A DNA stretch of 54,078 bases, filler included, from Jimgerdemannia flammicorona (Eukaryota), in assembly GCA_003990765.1 (NCBI GenBank). It is 2 parts of 2 records of this genome, joined end to end, with 100 filler letters (N's around TTAATTAATTAA, not from the genome) between each part and the next. Parts side by side here need not be neighbours in the genome. Positions count along the whole stretch, not along the records: positions 27,092 to 54,078 come from RBNJ01000673.1; 1 more part is not named here. One strand, given 5' to 3'. Below the pieces are notes generated by a model. That model was not told where the DNA came from. It did not search any database and saw only the letters and a list, made by a program, of their open reading frames with translations. The position numbers and the translations under genes are program-made. Shown piece after piece: positions 38,201 through 50,519 of the stretch. Within the stretch, counting starts at the first letter, position 1; each line of letters begins with the position of its first letter.

Positions 38201-41124
38201 GTGGAGAGCTGGAGACAAGAAGGTGCCTCAGTTGGTATTTGATAGGTGAGAATGAAATAGATGACCAGAGTCTACTGGAGTGAGGCTGGCAAGGAGGCTG
38301 GAAAGCAGAGGAGATAATGGGTGAGATGGGCTTCTGTTAGACTAGCTAGACTCTTAGAAGATTGGGCAGGGCTAGTGATATTGGAGGGGAGAGAGGATTG
38401 GAGATTAATGAGGGCAAAAATAAAGGTTGGAGAATTACAACAGGTGTTGCAGGAAGAGAAAGAGACAAGGGTACAGAGTTTAGTAGTATAGCTTCATTAG
38501 CAGAGTTTAGAGGAAGAGAAGAGGCCCTCAAAGTATCTCACAAGGACCATTCAGGCATAAAGAATACAGCAAAGGTGGGAGGGAGTACTTGACTCTAATA
38601 GTATACTGGTGCATAGTATATAAGACATTCTTGGATCATTAAAAGAGTAATAGAGTAGATTATGGAGTGAGGAGGAGGGAGGGACTGATGCTGCCAATAT
38701 TAACTAGATATTGGAGAATTGGTACCCTCCACAAGTGGATGGGCTGGGTGACTTGATGTTGCCAATACAAGAGAAAGAGATTCTCCAGGTTCTTGCTGTG
38801 ACAATTCCAAGTACAGCACCTGGGGAGGAAGGTCTGCCCTAAGACTTCTGGAAGAAGTCCCAGGAGTACTGGGTAAGATGATGGCACTGTGTGATTTTAT
38901 ACTACAGACAGGAAGATGGGTGGGGGAGCAGAATCTGGGGCTGGTGACATTGCTTTACAAGAATAAAAGAAGGTGAGAAGACTGGATGAACTAGTGGCCA
39001 ATTATGCTACTGGGTATGGACAGAAAGTTGGTGACTAAGGTAGTGGTCATGAGGCTACAGAAGGTGGCCCAATAAGTCTTAGGTGTTGAGCAGAGAGGCT
39101 TTATAGAAGGCTGGCTCATTAGGGATGGCACAGCCTGGGTACATAGAGTTATTGAAGGGGTATGTGCTTGTGGACTAGATGGGCAACTGGTCTTCTTAGA
39201 CTAGGAGAAGGCTTATGACTGAGTGTGGTGAGTCTGGCTAGTAAAAGTATTAGATAGAACTGGGGTACTGCACCAGTTCTGGTCAGTAATGATTAGCCTA
39301 CTGAAAGGAAGTAGGGCCATGCTCATCTGTAATGGACATAGAGGGGTTTCATTTCTTCTGGGTAGGAGTGTGCCCCAGGGGACCCACTGTCTCCCATTCT
39401 GTACACTCTTTCTCTGGAACCTCTAATGGACAGAATCAGGTAGAAGATAGTGGAGCTCTCTATCTATGGAATTGAGTGGAAAGTTGGGGCCTTTGCAGAT
39501 GATATAGTGGTCAGCCTGGGATCAATTGCTGATATTGAGGAGCTCAAGAAGACAGTAGAGTGGTATGAGAAGAACTCTAGGGCTAAACTCAATTGATATA
39601 AGTGTGAAACAATGGTATTAGGCAATAACCTGGTGGGAGGTGATGTTATTGGAACAATCATCCCTACTGGTGAGATAGTGTGGTACTTGGGTATTTATTT
39701 ATCAGTATATGGATCAGTACTACTCAGACTTTAGTGGGAGCAGAGAGTTGGAATCTGGGGGGAGGCCCTGTAGAGTTGGGGGGGTCACCACTTGTCTCTA
39801 GCAGAGTATGTCTCAATTTTGAATGTCTATTGGCTGTTAAAGTTATAGTACCTGGCTTATTATCTGGACTTCCCAGCCTGAGTGGTGAAGAGATTGATAA
39901 AGCTGGCCAAGGGGTGGATCTGGGCTGGAAGAAAGTATCATATCAGTTGGGAGGTCTTATCCTTACTGGTAGCAAGAGAATGACTTAGGCTGGTTGACTT
40001 TCTGAAGAGGCTATACTGCTTGAGAGCATGGTGGTTAAAGAGGGTAGTGGAGTTGAGAGAGAGCAGTTGGGTACTCCTATTGCAGAAGATCTGGAAGATG
40101 AGATCCTCACCAAGAGGCTCAATAGGAGATCTCTTATCATTGGTTGGGCTTTAGAATACTGAAAAATTGTAATACAAAGGCTTCTGGTGGGGGGTAGCAG
40201 AGGGGGTGCACCACATTGGAATTTGTTGGCAGGGAAAAAAGGAGAGGTGGCTTGGGATCTGGCAATGTGGAGATGAGACCAAGTATTGCTGGAAGATGTT
40301 CTCTTAATTGAGTTCAACATTAGTAATAGAATAGAATGCCAAAGGAGACCTGGCCAGGATCTGTAGCCTAGTGGATGGCAGGGAGTAGGTATCAGAAAAG
40401 GATAGAACTAGTATGGTATTTGGGCCTGGAGTGCTGAGGTGAGGAGGTGGATACTGCTGAAGTACTGGATAGTCTGGTGGCACATACTAAGGAGGAGTGT
40501 AATGCTTAACTACTGCTTGGGTCACTTTATCAAGGGGGGTTGCTTTGATTGTAAGGAGTACCACAATGTAAGGGAGGAAGGAGAATATGTATAGATGCCT
40601 GAACATTGGCTAGAAGAGTGTGAGGTACTTTGACTTTTGACAGACTGTTGGGAATTATTTGGAGGTAGTGTGTAGGGGAGATGGTGCATAGAGTTGGTGG
40701 GAGGATTTGAGGGATAGACTGATGGGGGGGAGGGGGGTGAGGAAGGAGTGGCTTATCTTAGGCTAGATTTTGGTAATTTGAGTGGGGCTGGCCAGTCATT
40801 GGTTATTTGTTTTTGAGGATGAAAGAAGACTGGGCTTGAGGGACCAGCTGTTGTATTGGTATAGCCTTATGGAAGATATCTTGACAGGCTAGTGGCTTGA
40901 TTGGGGGCTGCAGGGTGGTTGAAGACATTGCTTGATAGAGAAAATCTGTGGGCAGAGTAGGGGGAGGGTTAGAGTCATAGGTGAGATGGTGGTCTTTATT
41001 CATAATGTTGTGGAGAGAGGCTCCCCTATAGGGATCAGGTAGTGGGAGGGGATACTGTAAATGTATTAATAGACTGGTAATAAATAGCAGAGTCTAAGTG
41101 ACTATAAAAAAAAAAAAAAAAAAA
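35284..41124 (+). mobile_element. L1/Tx1-like LINE, full-length copy 2 (more decayed)
   Basis: Collinear with 21138-26991; poly(A) 41106-41124; TSD AAAATTAACA at 35276-35285 and 41121-41130. Confidence 0.93.
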
Positions 41125-42196
41125 TTAACAGAAATTATATATTGTAACTTTGTACAGACTTAAGTTGCTTTATGTTTACTAGCTTATCTCAAGCTAGCTT
41201 AGTAGTATTAGCAGACTTGAACTACTGGTAAAGGGCCTTCTTGAAATATTTCCAATCTTGGATTCTTGTATTCAAATAGGAAGTAGTAATTATGATATAA
41301 TTATATCACCAAATAGCTTTATTTCCTCAGAGGAGTATGGCAGCAAATTAGACTTATACATCTTTTTCTATTCTTGTAAGGTCAAAATATTGGTTCAACT
41401 AGAAGGTCTATGCATCTATAGTTAGTCCTCCTTAATAACTATTAATTAGGTAGCTTGAAACTGATCAATATAGTAGTAAGATATAATATGATACATAGTA
41501 GTTCTTGTTTTCTGATATTCTAGTTGTGCTTGAAGTTGTCAGATCTAATGGGCCATAGTAGTAATTATATATATCCTCTAGATTGACTTGTAGTTCTGCA
41601 TCAACTGTTTTTTCTATAGTAGAGAGATCTGAATAGTAGGCTAATTCTCTGATATAGCTCATTTTGAACTTATGTAACTAGTTGTGACTGATTTCCGAAT
41701 TTGTATGAGGTTTCTTAATAAGGTAAGGTATAATGATATCAAGTGTAATAGTTCTTGTTTTTTAAGAGGAAGTGGCTAGGTTCTGATAATTCTAGTAGAC
41801 TTACAGAGATACTTATAGGTTTAAGTATTCTCAAAAGATCTGAGAGAAAATATTCTGAGCTTTATTCAAGCAGAAAATAAGAATATTTATATAGAATCTA
41901 AAAGAAAGATCTAGAAGAATCTTGGAAAAGAAAAGAAAAGCCAAGAAATAAGTCCTCAGCAAAGATGACTAATAGAATTCTACAATATTCCAAAAGGTTC
42001 TATGACTAGCTAAGATAAGATACTTAGTACTAAAAAAAAATAAGAATATTTTAATGATATCTTAGTACTAAGAGAAGATTTCTAGATATTTAGAAGATAC
42101 TAAAACATAGTAGAATATTTAGAAAAAGATATAAAAAGACTAGTAAAAGGATGTAAAAAAGTACTAAGACTAAAATATTACTGTGAAATTGTTACA

Positions 42197-43296
42197 AATT
42201 AATTCTTATAGATCTTCTTTATAATATTACTTTTTTTTTTGAGAATTTGTTTAGTAATTTCTTATATTGGCATTCTTAGTATACTCCTTCTTGACTTTTT
42301 TAAATAGACTGATGATAATATTATTAATTATAGTAAGATTATCTTTCTGAGTACTTTAGAAGAATATATCAGCTACTTTATTCTTAATTCTAGCAATATG
42401 CTTGATTTTAATATTAAAGAGTATAAGGATCTATATCTATTAGATCTATCTTTCTATAAGAATTAACTATATTTAGATATATCAGAGAGCTTGATAGTCT
42501 GTCTATAAAGTAAATAGTTTACTAAGAAGAAAATATCTCCATATTTATAGAGATTAGATAATAGTAAAGAGTTCTATTAGATTAAGACTAATCAAAATTA
42601 ATATATCAATTAGTATTTTCTTAAGAGTATTTATAACTATAGTATATTCTTCTGTTTATTCTTTTTTTTAATATTAGCTCTCTTTCTGACAAAGCTTGTA
42701 AGTAGAGAGGTAATTACAGAGAATCCTTAAATAAATCTCCTATAATATTCTGCTAGTCCATTGAATCCTTATAGAGACTTGAGAGTCTTTAGAATGAGCT
42801 AATTATAGATTGTTTGGATCTTTTTGAGATCAATGGCAATATTATTTTCTGAGATAATATATTCTAAGTATTCAATTTCCTTCTTGAAGAAGTAGTATTT
42901 CTTTCTTTTTACTAAGAGCTTATATTTATAGAGTATGTCAAAAACTATTTATAGATATTATTGATAGATAATACTACTATAACTATACACCAGAATGTTA
43001 TCTGGGTAGACTAGAATAAATACTTAAGATATTTATAAAAAATGTTATTCATTAATATTTAGAAGGTTACTGATATATTAGTGAGGCCAAATAGCATTAT
43101 ACAGAATTTGTAATATTCTAATATTATTTGAAAGACTATTTTAGAGGTATATATAGATCTGGTGATATCCAGATATAAGATCAATGAGTGAAAAGATCTT
43201 GATCTTATATACTTAGTTAAGTAGTTTATTAATTTGTGAGAGTATATATCAATTCTTAATAGAAATCTTATTGAATACTTAATAATTAATATATAT
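42197..43296 (-). pseudogene. Old Gypsy relic B, RT/RNase H portion
   Basis: Decayed MCIDYR-like, FGLTN, YPDNIL, EYLEY motifs on the minus strand; frame continues at 52026 across Gypsy-2. Confidence 0.65.
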
Positions 43297-44820
43297 TATC
43301 ATGTAGTGGTTGCTGAGTCCTTCAAATATACCAGATTCTCTTCAAGGTGTATCTCTTAGACTAACTCAAGTTTGTTATAAGCAAGTTCTTATTGGAGTGC
43401 CTTTCCAAGGTCTTATAGTTCTCAAACTTCTTATCTTTAACTATCTTGTTATCTCTTAGATTGCTTGCAAGAAAGTGTGTGTATTGTACTGAAAAGACTG
43501 ACTTTATTTCAGAGGAAATAAGAGGTGTATTTATACAAAATATAATTCAATAATTGCTAAGATATAAAGCTAAATATAAATTCCAATAACTAAAACTACT
43601 AAGTTTCAGGGTTGGTACTGGTGGTTGTACAGATTCAGAATGCTGGTATAATTCAGTATTATATCAAAATACTGGTGCTAGAATAATTTCACATCACCTC
43701 AGAATATCAGTACTGGCATTATCTAGTGTTACATCAAAATACCAGTGCTGGCATTATTCAGTATAACAAAGAACTTAGAGCAGAAAGTTCAGAATTATGG
43801 GGGCTTCACTCTCATCATCAGAGGTCAGGATATCTTTGATGGAGATGAGGTCTGTGAATTTGTTATTTTCATGTACTTTGATGTCACACAGGATGATGTC
43901 ATCGCCAATGATGTCATAATGTTCAGTGGAGAAATTGGGGACTCTCCAATCTATGAGGTTCTCTTCCATAAAATAAGGAACAAATGTGGAGTCTTGGGGA
44001 GGTCTAACCTGGATACTTGGGCTCTGGAATACTGAGATCAATCCTTGCAGAAATTGGTCTAGGTTGTCCTGAAAGATAGGATGCCAGAAGTCTTCTACTT
44101 CATCACTATTGAGGGTGATAGTAGACTGGGCTTCTATAGCCACCCTGGCTTCTAGTGCATTGATACAGCAGGATGACAGGTCTCTGAAATCTAAGACTCT
44201 AACATACTCCAAGTTGGGGATTAACCATGATACATGCCTGAAGATCTGATGGATCTTCTTAGCCATTCTTGTCTTGCATATATCCATGAGAGTGGTATCT
44301 TGTAGCTCTTGAGGGCTAGCCTGTGGGAACTCCTGGCAGAGAAGGTTTTCTATTTTGTACTCCTACCACATTTGGAGGCATTCAGTAGCAATAGTGATCC
44401 TTGTTTCCATTTTATAGCAATAGAGGATATAATGATAGGGATCTGCAGTACCCAGGTCAACACTAGGAGTCCTTCTTGAGCAGATCCTCATAGCTCTCCT
44501 GATGTCTTGGAACATCCTTTCTTCAACTGAGGTGCCTTGGTGGTTCCTTGACCTTGAGGTTTGGTAAGTAGCAAGCATTTTGTTTATGATAAGTCTTTGA
44601 GCTATTTTGGGATTGGTGGGTCTTATTGGTTGCTGGTACTGCAGTTCCTTGATCCTTCTTTTATATTCTTCAGGATACTTATACTGTGGTCACAATGACT
44701 TACAGTTGGTCATCATTGTGCATCTCATATGCTGTATGATCTCCTTGTGCTTCGATCTGGTGGCTTGTAAGAAAAGACTGTCTCCTGTACTGATGTTATC
44801 ATTCTGAGGTCACCATTATA
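43297..44820 (-). repeat. Gypsy-2 3' LTR (1524 bp)
   Basis: Direct repeat of 50520-52025; both termini mutated (TG to TA, CA to TA). Confidence 0.92.
43775..44578 (-). pseudogene. ORF of about 267 aa inside the Gypsy-2 LTR, unknown function
   Basis: ORFs 44363-44578 and 43775-44287 are in one frame separated by a single TAG that is CAG in the other LTR. Confidence 0.72.
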
Positions 44821-44854
44821 TCTTCCTCCTAAATAAGGATCTTCTTGAGTGTCC

Positions 44855-45172
44855 TTATTCATTAGTCCAGTCCTGAAAAATTTGCTGATCCCATAACCTC
44901 TGGCAAGGGGTCAAAAAGTGATATTTATAGGCTGGCATCTTCTCTTTGTATTTTGGTGTGATAGTGAAGGGTCGCTCCCTTTATATAGAGCAAGGGCCTG
45001 ATTCTGATCTTGACCAATCAGTTAATGGTTCAAACTCCTCTAACTTCAAAAGTCTCATGAATGAGTAGTTGCCAGTGCCATATCTCTTAGAGAATGGTCC
45101 AGACAGATAGCCTGCTGGTCACGGGACATACTGTTACAATTCACAGACTAGAACCTCATGGGCAGTCATCAT
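44855..45172 (-). pseudogene. Possible small extra ORF (about 105 aa) between integrase and PPT
   Basis: ATGATG at 45172, 106 codons, three internal stops all explicable by C-to-T. Confidence 0.35.
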
Positions 45173-45184
45173 GTTTTGCTTCTC

Positions 45185-46380
45185 TTATATAGGTTCATGG
45201 TACTTCTTGAGTCTATTCCTATGTACTATGGTAGGCAGTATAGTCCCTGAGATTTTTCTAAGTCAGAAGATGATTCTCTTGATATCTTATACATAGAAGG
45301 GTCCTTCCCATTTGGGCTCCAGTTTTCATGACCATGAGGCTTCTACCATATTTTGATACAGTAGAACCTTTTCTCTGATTTGGATGGGTTCTAGGGCCTT
45401 GTAATTCTTTTCTGCATTCTTCCTTATCAGTGCTTGTGACTTGGTGATGTAATCTTCAGCCTTCTTCCTGATTTGGTGTAGTCTCTAGATTTCTGCATCA
45501 ACCTGTCTCCAAGTTAGGTCTAGATTTATAGCTGAGGTTCCATTAGAATCTTCTTCTCTGAAGAGCAGCTCTCTTGGGGTAAAGTGTATGCTTTATGACT
45601 ATATGTCTTGTATGATAGAGAGGGCAGTTGGGAGATAGTTATCCCAATTCTCATATGTCTTTGAGATTTTTCCTAAGATGTTCTTGAGGGTCTTGTTGGT
45701 TCTCTCTATTTGACCATTTTCTTGAGAGTGGTATACAGTGGTCTTGATGTACTGGATCTTATATTTCTGATATATTATCTCATGGAATCCATTGACAAAT
45801 TCCATACTATGGTCTGTTGTGATTTGCTTTAGTGTCTTGTAGCAGCAGATGATTTCTCAGTGCAGGAAGTCAGCTATAGAGAGGGTATTGGCTTCTTGTA
45901 ATGCTCCTGCCTCTATCCATTTGGTGAAGAGGTCTACAATAACTATAATATAGCAGTTTCCTGATATTATTACTGGTAGTGGCCCAATGATATCTATTGC
46001 AATGTGGTGGAAGGAGATAGGCTCAATGCTTGATAACCTAGGTGCCTGGTCTTGCTGATCTTGTTTCTGTTTTTGGCACTTATTACACTCTTTGACAAAT
46101 TGGCACAGGTCTTCTTCTATCTTGGGCCACCACATGGTTCTTCTTGTCTTATTATATATATTGGTTCCTCCTAAGTGTCCTTGCTTATATACTTCCTTCA
46201 TTACTTGATACTTCTTGTATTTGGGTATTACTAGCTTTCCTCCTTTTCTGAGTATAGTGTTGTCTAGTTCAAACTGTTTCCAAGTCCAGTTGATGATAGT
46301 AATTGTCCAGGGTTCGAGGTGGTTGGGCATCTTCCACTGCTCAAGGTAGCTGATTAATCTATAATATAGCTCCTTATTCA
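45185..46380 (-). pseudogene. Gypsy-2 integrase
   Basis: GHLG...WWPKI...CNKCQ, IAIDIIGPLP, VDLFTKW, NGQIERTNKTL, WEGPF. Confidence 0.92.
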
Positions 46381-46419
46381 TGTTGAATAGTCTTGATGGG
46401 GGTGTTTCGGGGTGTCCTT

Positions 46420-47620
46420 GAGAGTGTATCAGTATTGGTATTGGTCTTTCCTGAGCAGTGCTTGATAGTACAGTCATATTCTTACAGCCTATAGATCCAT
46501 CTGGCATATATTTCTTTGGGGTTCAGAGTGTGGAATAGCCAGGTAAGAGCAGAATGGTCTGTTTGAATGGTGAAGTATTTCCCGGCTAGGTAGTAGTGGA
46601 ACTTTTCTACTGTCCAAACTACTGCTAAGTATTCAAGCTTATATGACTCATAGTTCTGTTCTACTCTGCAGGTACCTCAGCTTGCATAGGAGATGACATA
46701 TTCATGTCTATCTTTCTTCTGAGCTAGGACTGCTCTAAGTTCTATAATACTTGCATCTATCTACAGGATGAATTCTAGGTTCCAGTCTGGTCTTCTGAGG
46801 ATAGGTGCTTGGGTCAACTTGGTCTTGAGTTCATTGAAGGTTTTTTAGTACTCCTTGGTCTATTTGAATTTGGTCTCCTTCTTCAGTAGCTCGTAGATAG
46901 GTGCTATAATGTTGGAGTATCCTTTGATGAATCTTCTGTAGTAGCTGGCCAGTCCAAGAAAGGCATGGACTTCGGTAGTTATTCTGGGTCTCGGGTAGGC
47001 TATAACAGCCTCAATCTTTATAGGGTCTGTGTGGATTCTAGTCTGGTTGATGAGGTGTCCTAGATAGGTGATTTTCTGAGCTGCAAACTTGCATTTCTTG
47101 GGCTTGATGTAGAGGCCATGCTCCTTGAGCTTCTTGAGGACTAGCTGTATATGATTGATATGTTCCTGTACTGTGTTGCTGAAGATGATCACATCATCAA
47201 CATAGACAAAGAGCTATTTTCCAATCTTGTTACTGAAGACTCTATTCATCATTCGCTGGAAACTTGCTGGAGCATTGCACATTCCAAATGGCATTTGTAG
47301 ATAGATATAGGTGGTATCAGGTGTGATGAAGGCTGATTTCTTACTGGCATCTTGAGTGAGACTGATCTGATGGAAACCTGAGAACAGATCTAAGGTGGTG
47401 TAGTATTTGGCTTTGCTTCCAAGGGTGGTAAGGATTTCTTGAATATTTGGCAAGGGCTGCCTATCCTTCTTGGTGATGGCATTGAGCTTCCTGTAGTCAA
47501 TGCAGAGTCTTGGTGCAAACTCTCCAGGTTTGCTTCCTTTCTTTGGGGCAAGGACAATGGGTGAGGCCCAGGGGCTGATAGCTTGCTTGATGATTCTGGC
47601 TTCTTCTATTTCCTTGAGTT
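46420..47620 (-). pseudogene. pol: Gypsy-2 RT and RNase H
   Basis: SPWASP, CIDYRKLN, LDLFSGFHQI, MPFGMCNAPASFQR, YVDD, FLGLASYYRRFI, TDHSAL. Confidence 0.95.
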
Positions 47621-47859
47621 CTGCTCACAGCCACTCTCTGTAGGCAGGTGGTATAGGTCTGGCTTTCTGGTAGATGGGCTTGGTATTACTAGTGTCAACT
47701 TTATGATAATACTTGAGTTCTTGATTATGGATATCTCTAAAGTCTGTAGCAAGTACTCCTTTGTTCTGGTACAGGATCTTGAGAAGTTGTTCCTCCAGAG
47801 GAAAGTTTTCTCCAATAGTATATGTATGCTTGTTCTGGTCCTTGTCTTTCTTATGCTCA

Positions 47860-48290
47860 AGTTCAGTAATCTTGGTAGTAGCATAGACTCCTCTTCCAGT
47901 AGATCCAAAGCCTTGTTCTCCTCTCTTGGTTTTGATGAGTTCAATGGCTTCTATGATCTTGGGTTTCTTGATTTCATAGATCAGCATCTGGCCAATCCTA
48001 TCATGCTTCTTGACCTCAAAGAGTATAGTGGGGTTGTAATTCCTGACTATGAGGAAGATCTTGCCAGTATAATCAGAGTCAATTACTCCTCCTTCAACTA
48101 AGATTTCACTTTTGGCCAGACTGCTCCTGGTCTTGATAATTCCGGCATAGTTTTCTGGCAGCTTGACTCCAATTCCAGTGCCAAGTAGGGTGGTGGTCTG
48201 TGGTTCAAGAATAGCATCTTGAATACTGGCAAGGTCCATTCCTATGGCTCCTTCAGTCTTGTATTCTAGGATCTTGGCTTTGGGGTGAAA
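47860..48290 (-). pseudogene. Gypsy-2 dUTPase domain, nearly intact
   Basis: MDL...TGIGVKLP...RSSLA...GGVIDSDYTG...DRIGQML...RGEQGFGSTG. Confidence 0.95.
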
Positions 48291-48649
48291 CTTCTTAACC
48301 TTGAGGGTGATATCTGATTCTTGTTTCTCCTCATCATCACTGTCAGCCTGAAGTTCTGAGGGCTGGTCATCTTCTTCGGCTTTCCTTTTTGCTTTGGTGG
48401 CTTCTTACTCATATTTCTGTTGGTAGATTTTTCTGACTTCACTGATATAGGACTAGCAGTCATTCAGGTGTTCAGAGCAGTATATCCTAGTACCATGGGG
48501 ATATCTTCCTTAAGGGGCATAGCCATTGATAATCTTATTGTATCACTGCTCATCTATGAGCTTGGGTGTCTTGTTCTTGTTCTTGTTCACTGAGTGTATG
48601 AAGACCTCTGTGTCCTCTTCATCTCCTTCCTCCATGTCTGGTAGGACTC

Positions 48650-50400
48650 CCTTGTGGACATTGATAGAGACTTATACCTTTCTTCCTCTGTAGTTAATCT
48701 GCATCTTCTGGACATTGAGGTCAATAATGGCCTTGGTCTTGTGAAGCCATTGATTGCCAATGAGGATGTCATAGTTGGTGGCACTTATAACAATCACATC
48801 TACTGGGATGGTAGCTCCTTCTATCTTGATGGGGACTTCTCAGATTTTGCCAAGGGGGGTAGCTCATATACCATCTGCTGTGACATAAACCATCTTGGTG
48901 GACTCTTCAATGTCCTAACCTAGGTGGTCAATTGCCTTCTTACTCATGAAGTATCCTCCAGCACCAGTATCAATGATGGCATCAAAGATACAGTCTTTGA
49001 TCTGATATAGGGTATAGGCTGATGTCTTGCACTGGTCTTCAGATTCTTCACCTGAGTTCTCAGATTCTTCCTATGCATTGTGAGCTTCTACAATCTTGTA
49101 CTCTTGATTCTTGGTGGTAGTTACAAGTCCTACTCTCAACTGTTGTCTGAAGGCAGGGACTTTGGCTAGTTGTCCAAAAGTGGCATTGACCTTCTGTTCC
49201 TTGAGGTCCTTGTAGATATCATACTGGTGGATCTTGGTCTTGCACAGCTTCTGTTTCTTCTTGCTTTCACTTTCTCCTGAGACTAGAGTAGTACCTTTGA
49301 TGATTTGGCAGGCAGCTTCATCTAACTCTATGTCTTGATCAATCTCCTCTGGTTGAGTCTTGCTTTGAATAGTGATAGCTGGGGTCTTCTTTGGTCTTCC
49401 AACTGGCTTGCTGTTGCTCTTCTTATCATAGGGCTTGGGCCAGGTTCTGGTACCTTCAGTAGTAGGGTAGAATTCAAGCTCCTCATAGTATTCTTCATCA
49501 TCAGTATCACCAATCTCCTCAATAACTACTGCATTAGTTTGTTCTCTAGTTCTGCTAGTGTTGCTTGGTTGGGCTTTGTGTCTCATTTCAGTTATGCAAT
49601 TCTTTGCATAGTGGCCTTCTTCTCCATATCTGAAGTATGTGATATTGTGTTCTTCTGTAGCAGCTGCAAATCTTTGTACTAGTCTCCTGTTGGTGCTTTG
49701 GACTTCTCTAACAACATCACCAAGATGTGCAGTTATCTCGGCAAACTACTTGGTGAGTTCTTCCACTGGGTCAGCTTTGGCTATCTTGGGGGTAGGTGGG
49801 GTTGGTTGTCTGTTCACAACTGTAGCAGGTAAGATACTAGTTGGCTTTGATGGCTCCATCTTGATGCCAGTTATTTTCTCTATTGAGTGTTCAGCAGGGT
49901 GTCTGGCAGTCCAATATCTCTGTACAAAGACCACTTTCTGATCAAGGGTCAGTGCAGCTGGAGTGGACCGGATTGCTAGGGCAATTTCAGAGTAAACTCC
50001 TTTGAGGAAGATTGAATCTGCTATTTGTTCCTTGAGGCGGTCATCATAGCTAGCCAAGATAATCTAGTAGTAGATTCAGGTATAGAATGAGTTGGGATCT
50101 TTACTAAGTCCCTAGCAGATAGTATTGAGTTGATCCTTGAGAGCTTGCTTGATCTCTTCAGTATAATATGTTGTTTTGAGGAAGGCCTTCATGTTGGCAA
50201 GTTTGGCTGCACCAGTATCAGCAATAGTGGCTGCATTGAACTTGTCTCTAGCAGGTCCTCTGAGACTGACTGATAGAAGGGCCAATTGTGCATCCACATC
50301 AAGGACTCATATAGCAGCAAATTGTTCAAAGTCTTCAATGAAAGTCAGGATTGACTCTTCAGTAGTATATCCATAGAATGTGGGGGAATGCATTTCCATC
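48650..50400 (-). pseudogene. gag: Gypsy-2 gag and aspartic protease
   Basis: HSPTFYGY gag start, decayed CCHC (GHYAKNC) at about 49600, AIIDTGAG at about 48970, LIGNQW. Confidence 0.8.
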
Positions 50401-50519
50401 TTGTCTTGAATTCTTGCATGGATGACTCTTGTAGACAGGGTAGTTATTGTGAAGGTTGTTCATTTTTCAGCTTGAAAGTGAGGGATTTATCTTGAATCAC
50501 CAGCCAATGAGCACCAAGT

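Larger units (their letters stand above)
32442..42196 (-). mobile_element. Old, heavily decayed Gypsy element (relic A), interrupted by the MITE and LINE copy 2
   Basis: Minus-strand LIDSRVAGNFI protease (~33790), RT-like remnants ~32500-33400, gag-like remnant 41131-41660, candidate LTR TGTGAC...GTTACA 41683-42196. Confidence 0.6.
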
